The notes: generated from the letters alone by a model not told the origin. Shown: positions 1 through 11,100, counted from the first letter of the stretch. The stretch: DNA of 64,000 bases from an uncultured Parabacteroides sp. (GCA_944325345.1 CALUZV010000011.1:24920-88919), one strand, 5' to 3'. Program-made: numbers and translations.

Positions 1-182
1 ATAGTCTCGTGCGCCTTGGTGGAGATTTGTTGTCCGACAATCGAATGGACGAGGGCGGCAAACAAATCGGGGATGACACGGCGCTCGACTCGGCCGATGC
101 GGTCGATGATTTCTGCTAATTGCTTGTCTCGACTTCTTAGCCAGGCAAGTTCTGTCTCTCCATATTGGAAAAAGGAATCCAT
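1..182 (-). CDS. DNA-3-methyladenine glycosylase II / HhH-GPD base-excision repair protein; only the N-terminal 60 aa is present and the gene runs off the window
   Basis: Absent from the ORF track because there is no stop in the window. My reverse-strand translation from the ATG at 182-180 is MDSFFQYGETELAWLRSRDKQLAEIIDRIGRVERRVIPDLFAALVHSIVGQQISTKAHET. The 'DLF.AL..SI.GQQIS..A' stretch is typical of the start of AlkA-type HhH-GPD domains. Confidence 0.6.
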   Translation of the reverse strand, partial: MDSFFQYGETELAWLRSRDKQLAEIIDRIGRVERRVIPDLFAALVHSIVGQQISTKAHET

Positions 183-221
183 ATCTTTCGCTTTGCTAAA
201 TATGATGTTTACGCCTACGAA

Positions 222-1439
222 TTATCCTATTTTCGTCGGGCGAATATTGGGCAGGAATATCGCAATGATGCCGAAGAGTGGCAACCACGTGCTGACATGG
301 AAGATAAACTCAATACTCGTCTTATCCGCTAACCATCCGAAGAAGGCCGAGCCAATGCCGCCAAGCCCGAACATCAACCCAAAAAAGATGCCCGCAATCA
401 TCCCTAACTTGTCTGGCATCAAGTCAGTAGCATACACCACGATGGCCGAGAATGCCGAAGCGATAATCAGTCCCGTGATAACCGCCATCACGATAGTCCA
501 GCCTAAATTCAGGTAGGGCATGGCCAGCGTGAAGGGAGCTGCGCCAAGGATGGAGAAGAGAATGACATACTTCCGCCCATAGCGGTCGCCCAAGAAGCCA
601 CCGACCAATGTCCCGATGGCAAAGGCGGCGAGGTAGGCAAAGAGGCAATATTGCGAAGCCTGGACGGAAACGCCGAACTTCTCTATCAAGTAGAACGTGA
701 AGTAGCTCGTCATGCACGCATTGAAGAAGTATTTCGAGAAAATCATCAGGACTAAGATGCCGAGGGCTATATGTACCGTCCGCTTCGGCAAGTTGCACGG
801 CGCGAAGGTCTTCTTCCGGTGGTTCTCCTTGATTTCCGTCAGCACCAAACTATACCAATAACCGACGCGCGACAAGAGGAGTGATGCCAGCAACGCCGCC
901 AACGCAAACCATCCCACGGCGTGTTGCCCGTAAGGTATGACCACCAATGCCGCCAGCAAAGGACCGAACGCGCTCCCTCCGTTTCCCCCGACTTGGAAGA
1001 TGGATTGCGCCAAACTCTTCTTCCCTCCGGACGCCATCTGGGCAACCCGCGATGCTTCCGGGTGGAACACCGAAGAGCCGCAACCAATCAATGCCACGGA
1101 CAAGAGCAGCAGCATGAAGTTCGGCGCGAATGCCAATGCAATCAATCCCACAAGCGTGAAGCACATCCCCGTCGCCAGCGAATACGGCTGCGGATGCCGG
1201 TCTGCGTAAAGTCCGACGAACGGTTGCAAGACGGACGACGTCAGCTGGAACACCAGCGTGATAATCCCGATTTGTGCAAAGGTAAAACCGAACTTGTCTT
1301 TGAGTAGCGGATAGATGGCGGGGATGATGGACTGAATCATGTCATTCAGCAAATGACAGATTCCCATGGTGAACAATATCGCGTAGGCCGTCCCCTCTGT
1401 AACCTGCGGCTGTCCTTTGATAAAAGTTTTAATGCTCAT
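222..1439 (-). CDS. MFS transporter, Fsr (fosmidomycin-resistance)-like subfamily
   Basis: 405-aa ORF with about 12 hydrophobic spans. N-terminal 'HLLNDMIQSIIPAIYPLLK' and 'QPFVGLYADR' resemble the FSR family of MFS. ATG confirmed at 1439-1437. Confidence 0.75.
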   Translation of the reverse strand: MSIKTFIKGQPQVTEGTAYAILFTMGICHLLNDMIQSIIPAIYPLLKDKFGFTFAQIGIITLVFQLTSSVLQPFVGLYADRHPQPYSLATGMCFTLVGLIALAFAPNFMLLLLSVALIGCGSSVFHPEASRVAQMASGGKKSLAQSIFQVGGNGGSAFGPLLAALVVIPYGQHAVGWFALAALLASLLLSRVGYWYSLVLTEIKENHRKKTFAPCNLPKRTVHIALGILVLMIFSKYFFNACMTSYFTFYLIEKFGVSVQASQYCLFAYLAAFAIGTLVGGFLGDRYGRKYVILFSILGAAPFTLAMPYLNLGWTIVMAVITGLIIASAFSAIVVYATDLMPDKLGMIAGIFFGLMFGLGGIGSAFFGWLADKTSIEFIFHVSTWLPLFGIIAIFLPNIRPTKIG

Positions 1440-1455
1440 AGTGAAATTTTCGGTA

Positions 1456-1463
1456 CAAATGTA
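1456..1463 (-). promoter_or_regulatory. Bacteroides-type -7 box (TACATTTG)
   Basis: Matches the TAnnTTTG consensus on the gene strand, 17 nt upstream of the MFS start. Confidence 0.4.
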
Positions 1464-1485
1464 GGGAAAAACTTTGGAATAGTTC

Positions 1486-1493
1486 TATTTTTG
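1486..1493 (+). promoter_or_regulatory. Bacteroides-type -7 box (TATTTTTG)
   Basis: TAnnTTTG 41 nt upstream of the 1534 start. Divergent from the MFS promoter. Confidence 0.4.
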
Positions 1494-1533
1494 CATTCCC
1501 TATATTTCGATTTATAATTATTCCTAGAAATTT

Positions 1534-3381
1534 ATGTTAATAACTATTCTGATTCTTGTCATCGCGACTATCTTTTTCATGAGCGGGAAGGTCCGCTCCG
1601 ACTTAGTAGCCATCTGCGCCTTGCTCGCCCTAATCGTGTCTCACATCCTTACGCCAGAGGAAGGTCTCTCCGGTTTTTCAAACTCCGTCGTTATCATGAT
1701 GGTCGGATTGTTCGTTGTGGGCGGCGCGATTTTCCAGACAGGGCTCGCAAAGATGATAAGCAGCAAAATCCTCAAGCTGGCAGGGACGAGTGAATTGCGT
1801 CTCTTCCTCCTCGTCATGCTGGTAACGTCGGCCATCGGTGCTTTCGTGAGCAACACCGGGACGGTCGCCCTCATGTTGCCCATCGTCGTGAGCATGGCCG
1901 CAAGCGCGGGGACGAATCCCAGCCGTCTGTTGATGCCCCTGGCCTTCGCCAGCAGCATGGGCGGGATGATGACGCTTATCGGGACTCCGCCAAACCTGAT
2001 TATCGCCGATACTTTGGTGCACGCCGGCTTCCCACAGCTGTCTTTCTTCTCTTTCTTGCCTGTCGGACTTGTCTGCGTGCTAACGGGGACTCTGGTACTT
2101 TTGCCGCTTACCAAGCATTTCCTTTCCAAGAAGGGGCAAGCGGATGAAAGTACGCATTCCGGCAAGTCTCTGAAGCAATTAGTCAAAGAATATGGTCTGT
2201 CCAACAATCTTTTTCGCCTCCAAGTCCCTGCCTCGTCTCCGGCCGTCGGTTGTACGGTCATGGATTTGAACGTCCGCCAGAAGTACGGCGTTAATATCCT
2301 CGAGATTCGCCGCCAGCCAGCCTCCCAGCATCGTTTTCTGCATACGGTCAAGCAAATTTCTATTCCCGACGCGGTTTTGCAGGCCGGCGATGTCCTCTAC
2401 GTCTCCGGCCCGGCCGAAAATATAGAGCAGTTGAGAAACGAATGCGCCCTCTCCCTCATGGACGAGCACGCGACAGAGCTCGCCGGCCAGTCCCTCGGCT
2501 TTTACGACATCGGCATCGCCGAAATTGTCCTCATGTCCTCCTCTCGTATCATCAATCGCACGGTTAAGGAAGCTGCCTTCCGCGATAAGTTCAACGTCAA
2601 CGTCCTCGGAATTCGTCGCAAGAAGGAGTATCTGCTCAACGACTTGGGTAAAGAAAAGATGCGCGAGGGTGATGTCCTCCTTGTCCAGGGCGCGTGGAAG
2701 GACATCGCTCGTCTTTCAAAGGAAGAGGACCGTTGGGTTGTCCTCGGCCAGCCTTTAGAGGAGGCTGCAAGGGTTACTTTGGACTACAAAGCTCCTATTG
2801 CGGCCGCCATCATGCTTCTGATGATTGCTATGATGGTATTCGACTTCATCCCCATCGCCCCCGTTACCGCCGTGATGATTGCCGCTGTTCTGATGGTCGT
2901 TACCGGTTGCCTGCGCAGCGTCGAGGCCGCGTACAAGACGATAAATTGGGAGACAATCGTCCTTTTTGCCGCGATGATGCCCATGTCGCTGGCGCTCGAG
3001 AAGACTGGCGCATCGGATTACATCTCCAACGCTCTGGTCCAGTACATTGGCGGCTACGGCCCGCTCATCCTCCTCGCCGGCATCTACTTCACTGCCTCGT
3101 TGATGACAATGTTTATCAGCAACACCGTAACGGCCCTGCTGATGGCGCCCATCGCCCTGCAGAGCGCCCTCCAGTTGGGAGTAAGCCCGGTCCCGTACCT
3201 CTTCGCCGTTACCGTTGCCGCCAGTATGTGCTTCGCGTCGCCCTTCTCGACGCCACCTAACGCCCTGGTGATGCCCGCCGGCCAATACTCTTTCATGGAT
3301 TACATCAAGGTCGGGCTCCCGCTCCAGGTCATCATGGGCATTGTCATGGTGTTCATTCTCCCGCTCTTATTCCCGTTCTAA
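1534..3381 (+). CDS. SLC13/DASS-family anion permease with two central TrkA-C (RCK C-terminal) domains
   Basis: 615 aa. Multi-TM halves flank two soluble repeats ('VMDLNVRQKYGVNILEIRR', 'VKEAAFRDKFNVNVLGIRR'). Confidence 0.8.
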   Translation: MLITILILVIATIFFMSGKVRSDLVAICALLALIVSHILTPEEGLSGFSNSVVIMMVGLFVVGGAIFQTGLAKMISSKILKLAGTSELRLFLLVMLVTSAIGAFVSNTGTVALMLPIVVSMAASAGTNPSRLLMPLAFASSMGGMMTLIGTPPNLIIADTLVHAGFPQLSFFSFLPVGLVCVLTGTLVLLPLTKHFLSKKGQADESTHSGKSLKQLVKEYGLSNNLFRLQVPASSPAVGCTVMDLNVRQKYGVNILEIRRQPASQHRFLHTVKQISIPDAVLQAGDVLYVSGPAENIEQLRNECALSLMDEHATELAGQSLGFYDIGIAEIVLMSSSRIINRTVKEAAFRDKFNVNVLGIRRKKEYLLNDLGKEKMREGDVLLVQGAWKDIARLSKEEDRWVVLGQPLEEAARVTLDYKAPIAAAIMLLMIAMMVFDFIPIAPVTAVMIAAVLMVVTGCLRSVEAAYKTINWETIVLFAAMMPMSLALEKTGASDYISNALVQYIGGYGPLILLAGIYFTASLMTMFISNTVTALLMAPIALQSALQLGVSPVPYLFAVTVAASMCFASPFSTPPNALVMPAGQYSFMDYIKVGLPLQVIMGIVMVFILPLLFPF

Positions 3382-3391
3382 ATATCTTGAT

Positions 3392-3458
3392 AAATCGCGA
3401 AGTACGGATAAGGGGGCAAGTATATTTTCGCCCCTTGTCCGTACTTCGCGATTTTTTA
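3392..3458. terminator. Long bidirectional intrinsic terminator hairpin between convergent genes
   Basis: AAATCGCGAAGTACGGAtAAGGGG ... CCCCTTgTCCGTACTTCGCGATTTTTT. The stem is about 24 bp, with an A-run on the left and a T-run on the right. Confidence 0.65.
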
Positions 3459-3497
3459 TATCCTTATATTTGCATGGCTGATGGCCATCAACATACC

Positions 3498-4682
3498 TTA
3501 ATGCTTCTTTCCCATCCAAGTGAGCCTGTGCCAGATTGTCTCCAAGGGGCCGCGCTTGAAGTTGAGGAACCACCAGTGGGCAAACGCGAGCTGTAGCAGG
3601 AAGAAAACGACGCCGATCAACAGACTCACGGTCGTTCCGCAATAAAGATGCATCTCCAGGCCATAGCCATAGTAGATGAAACTACCTATGATGGACTGCG
3701 TTATGTAGTCCGTCAGGCTCATCTTGCCGTAGGGGACCAAAATTTTTTGCACCTTCCCTTTATTCACCCAGTAGAGCAGCAAAAACGCACTGACAATCAC
3801 CAACATAAAGGCTAAATTGTAATACGAGTTAAGTATCGTCTCCATTGTCTCCTTCAGGAACGGATTCGAGATTCTCCCAAAGATAAAGTCCTTGGTAAAA
3901 AAGAGAATCACCGCTATCGGCAGGCAATAAAAACATACGCGCTGCCAAAATCCCAATACCTTCTCGCGATTATTCTCATCCAGCTTGAAAAGTCCCAAAC
4001 GCCCGAGCAGCATTCCCAGCATGAAGAGGGCTGCGGTCTGAAACACACGACCATAGCACCACGCCCAGTTGAGGCTCGCCATTACGCCAGTCTCCAGATT
4101 CTGACGGACCATCTCCGTGAACGAGCTGCCTCTCAGTCCCGGATAGACGTCGCCGAGCGACCAAATCATCTGTTCCGGCCTTGCTTCGGGGAATATGGCC
4201 GCGTACGCTACCTTCAACCAATCGAGCGGCTGGAGCATGAAAATCAGCATAATCCAAAATACCGTTTTATTCGATAGCTTGCGAACCGGGACAAGCACGA
4301 AGCCCAGCAGCGCATAGAGAACAAGAATTTCCCCCGGAAAAAAGGACGAGTTTATTAAGCCAAAGCCCAAGAGCAAAACGAGCCGCCACATATACCGGTT
4401 GCGGAAGTCCTCGCCCCTCCGCTCGCAGTTATGATTCTGAAGGTAGAAGGTAAATCCGAACAAGAGCGCGAAGATGGCGTAGGCTTTGCCGGAAAAAATG
4501 AAGAAGAGCATGTCCCACAGATGGGTGTCGAGGCTCTGCAACCAATCCGGCGCGCCCGTTGGAAAGGAGTAGAAGTTAAAATGCTCTATGTTATGGAGCA
4601 ATATGATACCCATGACAGCGAATCCCCGGAGTGCATCGATGGCCAGCACTCTGTTTGACGAATTTGACGTATTGTTTTCCAT
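3498..4682 (-). CDS. DUF418 (YeiB-like) integral membrane protein
   Basis: 394 aa, polytopic. N-terminal 'RVLAIDALRGFAVMGIILLHNIEHF' is typical of the DUF418/YeiB family. Confidence 0.6.
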   Translation of the reverse strand: MENNTSNSSNRVLAIDALRGFAVMGIILLHNIEHFNFYSFPTGAPDWLQSLDTHLWDMLFFIFSGKAYAIFALLFGFTFYLQNHNCERRGEDFRNRYMWRLVLLLGFGLINSSFFPGEILVLYALLGFVLVPVRKLSNKTVFWIMLIFMLQPLDWLKVAYAAIFPEARPEQMIWSLGDVYPGLRGSSFTEMVRQNLETGVMASLNWAWCYGRVFQTAALFMLGMLLGRLGLFKLDENNREKVLGFWQRVCFYCLPIAVILFFTKDFIFGRISNPFLKETMETILNSYYNLAFMLVIVSAFLLLYWVNKGKVQKILVPYGKMSLTDYITQSIIGSFIYYGYGLEMHLYCGTTVSLLIGVVFFLLQLAFAHWWFLNFKRGPLETIWHRLTWMGKKH

Positions 4683-4722
4683 TTTTTTCTGATTGTTTTT
4701 TCTTCTTTTTTATTTATGGATG

Positions 4723-4730
4723 CAAATATA
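4723..4730 (-). promoter_or_regulatory. -7 box (TATATTTG)
   Basis: TAnnTTTG 41 nt upstream of the 4682 start. Confidence 0.4.
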
Positions 4731-4786
4731 CGGAATAAAAACGGATTTCAAACTATTTTCAATCTTTTTTTTCTATATGTTGAGGC

Positions 4787-5121
4787 AAAAATTTACCCCG
4801 TATAAAAATATTTTTGGGGCAAATGCAAAAAAAATACCCTGCATACGGCGGTATATGGCGTAAGGAGGAATAAATTTACCCCTCCGCACCGGTGTAAACA
4901 GTGTAAATTCATACACAAATACTCCCATACACCGTTGTAAACGGCGTAAATTCATGCCTCAATACTCCCACTACACCGATGTAAAAGGCGCAAAAACGGC
5001 TTGTTTTACCCCCAAAATATCAATGTGAGGGGTAATATAAGCTGCATTTGCCCCAATTTATAAAATAAAAGGGGTGTATAAAAACAAATTTACCCCATAC
5101 ATGGATATGCATGGGGTAAAT
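4787..5121. repeat. Intergenic repeat block: 43-bp tandem units plus dispersed (A)AATTTACCCC / GGGGTAAA words
   Basis: GTAAA(C/A) recurs at 4894/4937/4981, GTAAATTCAT at 4903/4946 and AATACTCCCA at 4918/4961. TTTACCCC or its complement occurs at least 5 times. Confidence 0.7.
5078..5121 (-). terminator. Intrinsic terminator after the SusC/SusD/phosphoesterase operon
   Basis: Reverse strand: ATTTACCCCAT-GCATATCCATGT-ATGGGGTAAAT followed by TTGTTTTT. Confidence 0.55.
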
Positions 5122-5156
5122 CCTATCCTCCCGGGGGAGAAAATCAGCGTGGAGGC

Positions 5157-6320
5157 TTATTTTTTGATCACGAGCTGGTCAATCATCTTCCCATCGAGGT
5201 CGTAGATTCGGATATCCAGCTTGCCAGCGTCTGCATCGGCCTTGAGGAGCGTGTTGTTCGAATTGACAATGAGCGGGAAGGCAACGCCGTCTTTGCCCGC
5301 CTCGTTGCGAATGTACTGATGGAGGTGGCCGGTGAGGTAAACATCTGGTTTAGCCTGGTTTAGGACAGGGATGAACTTCTTCAATATGTCCAATTCGCCG
5401 TGCCAGCCGCCGAAGGGGGGCATGTGGCATACGACAACCTTGAATGGCGCATTGCGGTAGAGGTCGCTCTGGGTGATTTCGCTGAGCCACAGGGCCTGCT
5501 TGGAGCGGTAATTGTCGTAATCGGTGATTCCGTAGTATTCGACGTCAGAATCCGGCTTGTCCTCGCCGCAGTCGAGCACGAGGAAGCAGACCGGCCCCTG
5601 GCGGAAGGCATAGAAGAGCTCGTCGGCCTTCGGGTTGAAGTAGTCCTTGAAGTTTGGGGCCATGGCGCCGCGCGTCTCGTGGTTGCCACGGCAGTAATAC
5701 ATAGGGAGATTGGACGCGAACAGCTCGACAGCCTTGTCCATGAAACCGCCGAACATCTGCTCCTCGTTGTCAGAGATGGAAACCATGTCGCCGTTGAAGA
5801 GGAAAAGGTCGGTCGTCTCGAGATTGCACTGGTTGATCATGTTCTCCAGGACGTCGTTGCGGCCGTGGATGTCGTTGACCATTGCGAACGAGACGGAAGG
5901 CTTCGTTGCGTCGTTGGTGGTGAACGAATTAGCCTCCTTAGCGTAGCTAAAGGCCGTGGTGATGTCGCCATATATGACCTTATGCCCCTCGTGGCTGATG
6001 ACTTCTTGCGCGCAGACCCTGTATCTGTAGGTTGTGGCCGGCTTGAGGCCCTCGAGCTTCACGCTGTGGATGCGGGAGGTGTTCTTGATACCGATTTTCG
6101 TGTCGAAAATCTTCTGGCGCTCGGTGGCGTAGAAGTGCGAACCGTCGTCGGGGGCGATTTCGAGCCAGCCGATGGACGGTTTATCGGAGACCCAGACGAT
6201 AGTTACCTCGTTTTCGCCGAGGTTTTGCAGGTACGGGCCGTGCAGGATTTTGATTTCGGCCAAGAGCGGTGCGACGGCGCAGGTAAGGAGAATGAGAAGT
6301 AAGTTTAATTTGTTGTACAT
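5157..6320 (-). CDS. Secreted metallophosphoesterase (purple-acid-phosphatase-like, calcineurin fold)
   Basis: Motifs VNDIHG, NGDMV, GNHE and GHLH are present in order. The N-terminal 'GPYLQNLGENEVTIVW' is PAP-like. I chose the start at MYNKLNLLLILL (ATG 6320), which gives a signal peptide, over the track start at 6374. Confidence 0.75.
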   Translation of the reverse strand: MYNKLNLLLILLTCAVAPLLAEIKILHGPYLQNLGENEVTIVWVSDKPSIGWLEIAPDDGSHFYATERQKIFDTKIGIKNTSRIHSVKLEGLKPATTYRYRVCAQEVISHEGHKVIYGDITTAFSYAKEANSFTTNDATKPSVSFAMVNDIHGRNDVLENMINQCNLETTDLFLFNGDMVSISDNEEQMFGGFMDKAVELFASNLPMYYCRGNHETRGAMAPNFKDYFNPKADELFYAFRQGPVCFLVLDCGEDKPDSDVEYYGITDYDNYRSKQALWLSEITQSDLYRNAPFKVVVCHMPPFGGWHGELDILKKFIPVLNQAKPDVYLTGHLHQYIRNEAGKDGVAFPLIVNSNNTLLKADADAGKLDIRIYDLDGKMIDQLVIKK

Positions 6321-6423
6321 GATGATAAAATTTAAAATGAAACACAAAGGAGGGACGCGGCAGGGCCTTGGCAAGACCCTGGAGAGCGCACCTCCTTTGC
6401 AAAGTTAGATATAGAATTCGAAA

Positions 6424-8118
6424 TTAATAGCCTTCGTTCTGCACCAAGTTGGGATTAGCATCCAATTCGGCTTGCTGGAGCGGCAAATGGAGCTGGCGCT
6501 TGTTGAAGTAGCGGACTTCGATGCGCTGATCCTCAATCGGGGCATCCGGGTTGATGACGGCGCGTCGGTCAGGATCGGGCTCATCATAATCCACCGTGCC
6601 GCAGAAGCGGAGAAGGTCGCCGGGCATGACGGTTTCGGCGACTTTGCGTCCCGTCTTGGCGCCGCTGGCATCGTATTCGTCCCAGCGGACGATATCCTCG
6701 TAGCGGAAGCCCTCGCCGGCGAGCTCGATGGTACGTTCACGGCGGACGAGCTCACGGATTTGAGCCTGCGTGGTGTATTTAGAGCGATCGACAGCGATGT
6801 GTCCGCCGCGCAAGCGCAGCTGATCGACGATGTTGAGGGCCTCGGACAAGTCCTGGTTTAGCTCAACGAGGCATTCAGCTTTCGTCAGCAGAATCTCGGC
6901 GTAACGAAAGAGGATGGGGCAGAGGGCGTCGTCGTTCATGGACGTAGAATACTGCGATTGATTCGGGTAAAGGTATTTCGCCCAAAGCATACCCGTGTGC
7001 GAAGCATTGTCGGCGGCGAGATAGTAGTCATTATTGTTCGAGCCGTCAGGGAGAGTCTTATCGAGGGTGTTAAAAATACGCGGCACGTTGTTGCGGCCCA
7101 TCCAGTCGAGGCCTGAATAGATGACGGTATTTTTCAGACGCGGGTCGCGGTTGGCAAATGGGTGGACAGGGTCGTAGCCAGAGCCGGGCTCGTCGATACG
7201 CATGCCGTTGGCCATTTCGAACATATCGACCATGTTCTTCGTAGGGGTGTAGGAAGCCCAGCCGCCGTCGGCGTTGTTGTAAAAACGGATGACGTCGGTG
7301 TAGGCGTACGTCGTCTTGACGTGCTCATAGGTGCAGATGATTTCCTTGGAGTTCTGCCCGTTCATAGAAAACATGTTCAGGAAGTCCGGATCCAATTCAT
7401 ATTGTCCCAAAGCGATGACTTGGTTGGCAGCGTCCAATGCCTCCTGGTAATTACCCCAGAGGAGATTGAAGCGAGCAATCATCGAGAGGACGGCACCCTT
7501 GGCGATACGACCTTTTTCGGCAGGCTTTTCATTAATATGCTCTACACTCCAACGCAGGTCTTCCATCGCGAAGGCTTTAACGTCGGCTTCGGGGTCGCGA
7601 GCAACTTTCGCTTCGTCGGCAGTTGCCGGAATGAAGTCCATGATGACGGCGTCGCCGTACCAAGTTGCCAAATATGCATGGCTGTATCCACGGATGGCGC
7701 GGACTTGAGCCAGATATTCATTCTTAGCCTCTTCAGACAGTTCCGAAGCCGGGACACGGTCGATATTTTCGATAACGAAGTTGCAACGACGGATCGTTTC
7801 GTATTGTCTCCAATAGTTCGGAGCGCCGGCAGCAGAAACACCACCACGTCCCATGTCGCGCATATAGGAAGCGTTCGTGTAGTTGAAGCCGATATCCGAA
7901 TAGCTATCTTCGTAGAAGATGAACTTCGAGCCTAAGTAGTTGTTCGGCCACCAGTTGTAGGCTGCGGTTACGGCGGCGTTGACGTCGCTTTCCGTCTGCC
8001 AGAAGTTGTTGTCCGTCAATTGGTCTTTCGGACTTAAATCAAAGAAATCGTCGCACGCCGTGAAAAGGCTTGTGCTTAACAGGCATATTGCCCAGACAAA
8101 TATTTTTTTGAGTTTCAT
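6424..8118 (-). CDS. SusD/RagB-family outer-membrane lipoprotein
   Basis: 564 aa with a lipoprotein signal '...LFTAC'. It lies immediately downstream of the SusC-like gene with a 24-bp gap. Confidence 0.9.
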   Translation of the reverse strand: MKLKKIFVWAICLLSTSLFTACDDFFDLSPKDQLTDNNFWQTESDVNAAVTAAYNWWPNNYLGSKFIFYEDSYSDIGFNYTNASYMRDMGRGGVSAAGAPNYWRQYETIRRCNFVIENIDRVPASELSEEAKNEYLAQVRAIRGYSHAYLATWYGDAVIMDFIPATADEAKVARDPEADVKAFAMEDLRWSVEHINEKPAEKGRIAKGAVLSMIARFNLLWGNYQEALDAANQVIALGQYELDPDFLNMFSMNGQNSKEIICTYEHVKTTYAYTDVIRFYNNADGGWASYTPTKNMVDMFEMANGMRIDEPGSGYDPVHPFANRDPRLKNTVIYSGLDWMGRNNVPRIFNTLDKTLPDGSNNNDYYLAADNASHTGMLWAKYLYPNQSQYSTSMNDDALCPILFRYAEILLTKAECLVELNQDLSEALNIVDQLRLRGGHIAVDRSKYTTQAQIRELVRRERTIELAGEGFRYEDIVRWDEYDASGAKTGRKVAETVMPGDLLRFCGTVDYDEPDPDRRAVINPDAPIEDQRIEVRYFNKRQLHLPLQQAELDANPNLVQNEGY

Positions 8119-8142
8119 ATTTCAAATGTAAATCGATTAGGA

Positions 8143-11100
8143 TTAGAAAGTAATATTAATACCAAAAGAGTGGGTCTGGCTCGACGGGTAACTTCTTCCA
8201 TCGCCTGAAGGGAATTCCGGATCGACATTGAACGGCAGGCTATCGATGGTGAAGAGGTTTTCACCCGTGTAGTAGATCTTGGCATTGGCAATGCCCAACT
8301 TGCTAGTCCACGATTTCGGCAACGTATAACTAAAGTTGATGTTCTTGAGGCGCAAGTAATTCGTGTTCATACACCAGAAGGTCGTGTTTACACGGTTCGG
8401 CGCGCTGATGGAGTTCTCTTCCAAGAACGTGCGAGGCCATTCGGTATCGGTATTCTGCGGAGTCCAAGCATCCAGCCAGTTTGTACTCGGGTGAGAAGTA
8501 TCGCCAATGAACGAACCAGCGACGTCGCGCTCGAAGTAACGATTTGTTCCCGTTACACCTTGGAAGAAGAGCGATAAATCGAAGTTCTTCCAGCCGGCGC
8601 TTAACGTCAAACCGTACGTCCCTTTTGGCTGCTGTGTCCCGCTGACAACTCTATCTTCTTCGCTCAGTTTGCCATCGCCATTGACATCCTTGATACGGAA
8701 ATCACCGCCCTTGAACGGCAATGCCCACGGGTTGCCATATTGAGCTTCGTAAGCTGCTGCTTCTTCGTCGCTCTGGAAGAGACCGTCCACTTGATAGACA
8801 TAGAAGGACTGATAAGCTTCCCCTACGCGGTTGATGGTGTATCCGCTGATAATTTCGTCCACGCCGGCAAGGTCGAGCAATTCATTTTTGTTATAGGCGA
8901 AGTTCGCATGGATGCCTATTCTCCAATCGTTGTTGAAGGAGTGATTCCAGCTGAAGTTCACTTCCACACCGCTATTGCGCAACGAACCTTTGTTGTCCTG
9001 GTATGTTCCGGAGATACCGAAGGTGTCGGAAACCGGGATATCCATGATAATGTCCGTTGTTTTGCGGTTGTAGTATTCTGCGCTCAACGAGAACTCGTTC
9101 AAGAAGACGGCATCGAAACCGATACCCCAGTTCGTTGATTGTTCCCAAGTAATGGTCGGCACTTTATAGCTTACCATCGTAATACCTTGGTTTACAGTCC
9201 CTCCGAACGGATAGTTCTTTCCAATATACAAAGTCTGCAAGGACGGATAATATTCATCCAAGGCATCTTGGTTACCTAAAAGACCCCAAGAACCTCTCAG
9301 TTTCAATGATTGTAACCAATCTTTAGCATCCGCCATGAAGTCTTCTTCCGAAATGCGCCATCCGGCAGAGAATGACGGGAAGTAACCCCAGCGATATCCT
9401 TTGGCAAAGCGTGAAGATGCATCCGCGCGGAAGTCTGCTTCCAACAAATACTTGCCTTTATAGTCATAATTGACGCGGCCGAAGTAGGAGAGCAAACCCA
9501 ACTCTGCGGAATTACCGCTATTGGTCTGCGTGGAGGAATCACCACCATTCAAGTCTGTAATGTCGCTATTGGGGAAGTCCTTACGGAAAGCAGTCAGCGT
9601 TCTCGTGTCGTATTTCTCCAATTTGTAACCGGCCAGAATCTTCAGGTTATGGTTTTCGTTAAACGTCTTTTCGTAGTTTGCCAAGATGTCCAACGTGTAT
9701 CGGCTCCAGCGATTGACGGTTTCTGTCAATTGGTCTGGCCCGTGATAATTCACTTCGTCGTACCAGCATTCTTTGCGATAGTCCTTCGTCTCTTTGATGT
9801 CTGTTACGTATGCGCCTTGCAATGTCAAGGTCAAACCATCGATGACATGGTAGTCGAAAGCCAAAACGCCCGAGAAGTTCTGCTGCAAGTAGCGTTTGCG
9901 GCTGTCAATGTCAATCCATGCTGCGGGGTTACCATCGGAAATGGAACCATAATTCCCATCTTCCTTCTTATAAGGAATCCACGGTGCCATACGGATAGCT
10001 TCCCAAATCACGGTTCCGTATCCGCCACCATAGGAAGCGTTCGGCTCGGAATAATTGTTGTTAATGAAGGCCATGTTGGTGCGCATATTGAATTTTTCAG
10101 ACAGCTTGATGTCCAAATTCGTACGCAAGTTAAACTGCTTGCGGTCTGAATTGCGCAACGTACCTTCCTGCCCCATGAAGCCTGCCGAAGCCATATATTT
10201 CACATCTTCCGTACCACCGCTGACATTCAGGTTGTGTTTGTGCATGAATCCCGTTCTGAAGATATAGTCTGTCCAAACCGTGTTCGGATGTCCGTAGGGA
10301 TCTGTTCCGTTTTGGAAAAGTTGGAGGTCTTCTTCCGTGAATCGCGGCGAGCTCCCGTCTTGTTGCAGCAACTGGTTGTAGAGGCGTGCATAGTCGTAAG
10401 AACTCAAGCGGTCCACCAAAGAATTGATCTTCGAGAAGCTAACATTGCCACTATACGATACCGTCGGTTTCCCCAGCTTCCCTCGTTTGGTCGTAACCAA
10501 GATAACGCCGTTGGCTGCCTTCGAACCATAAATGGCTGCCGAGGCTGCGTCTTTCAAGACGGAGATAGACTCGATATCGTTCGGATCGAGGGTATTGAAT
10601 GTCCCGGTTTCGATACCGTCCACCAAGATGTATGGGTCGGCATTGTTCAACGTACCGACACCGCGCACACGGATAGTTGCCGCATCCGCTCCCGGCTGTC
10701 CGGTTCCCGATGTAACCGTTACACCTGGTGTCAAACCTTGCAAGGCGGAGGATACGTTCGTTACCGGGCGGTCCAGCAACTCGTCGTTCGAGATGGTGCT
10801 GACGGCTCCCGTCAAGTTAACTTTCGTTTGCGTACCGTATCCCACGACTACAACTTCGTCCAGCGCCTCGGAATTCTCGCGGAGGGTGATGCTGAGCGTC
10901 TTTTCACCGTTAATTTTAATTTCTGCTGTGTTATAACCTATATAGGAAACTTGAAGTACGTCTCCAGGTGCTACCTGAAGCGTGAAATTGCCGTCGATGT
11001 CGGTTACCACACCATTTGTCGTCCCTTTCACCAAGATATTTGCGCCGATGATAGGAACTCCATGTTCATCAACTACATTACCAGTCAGATTATAAGTATT

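Noticed and set aside
16-516. The 166-aa plus-strand ORF at the window start.
   Set aside because: It overlaps the 3' part of the MFS gene (222..1439, minus strand) and the AlkA-like start (1..182, minus strand) in antisense, and it has no recognisable domain.
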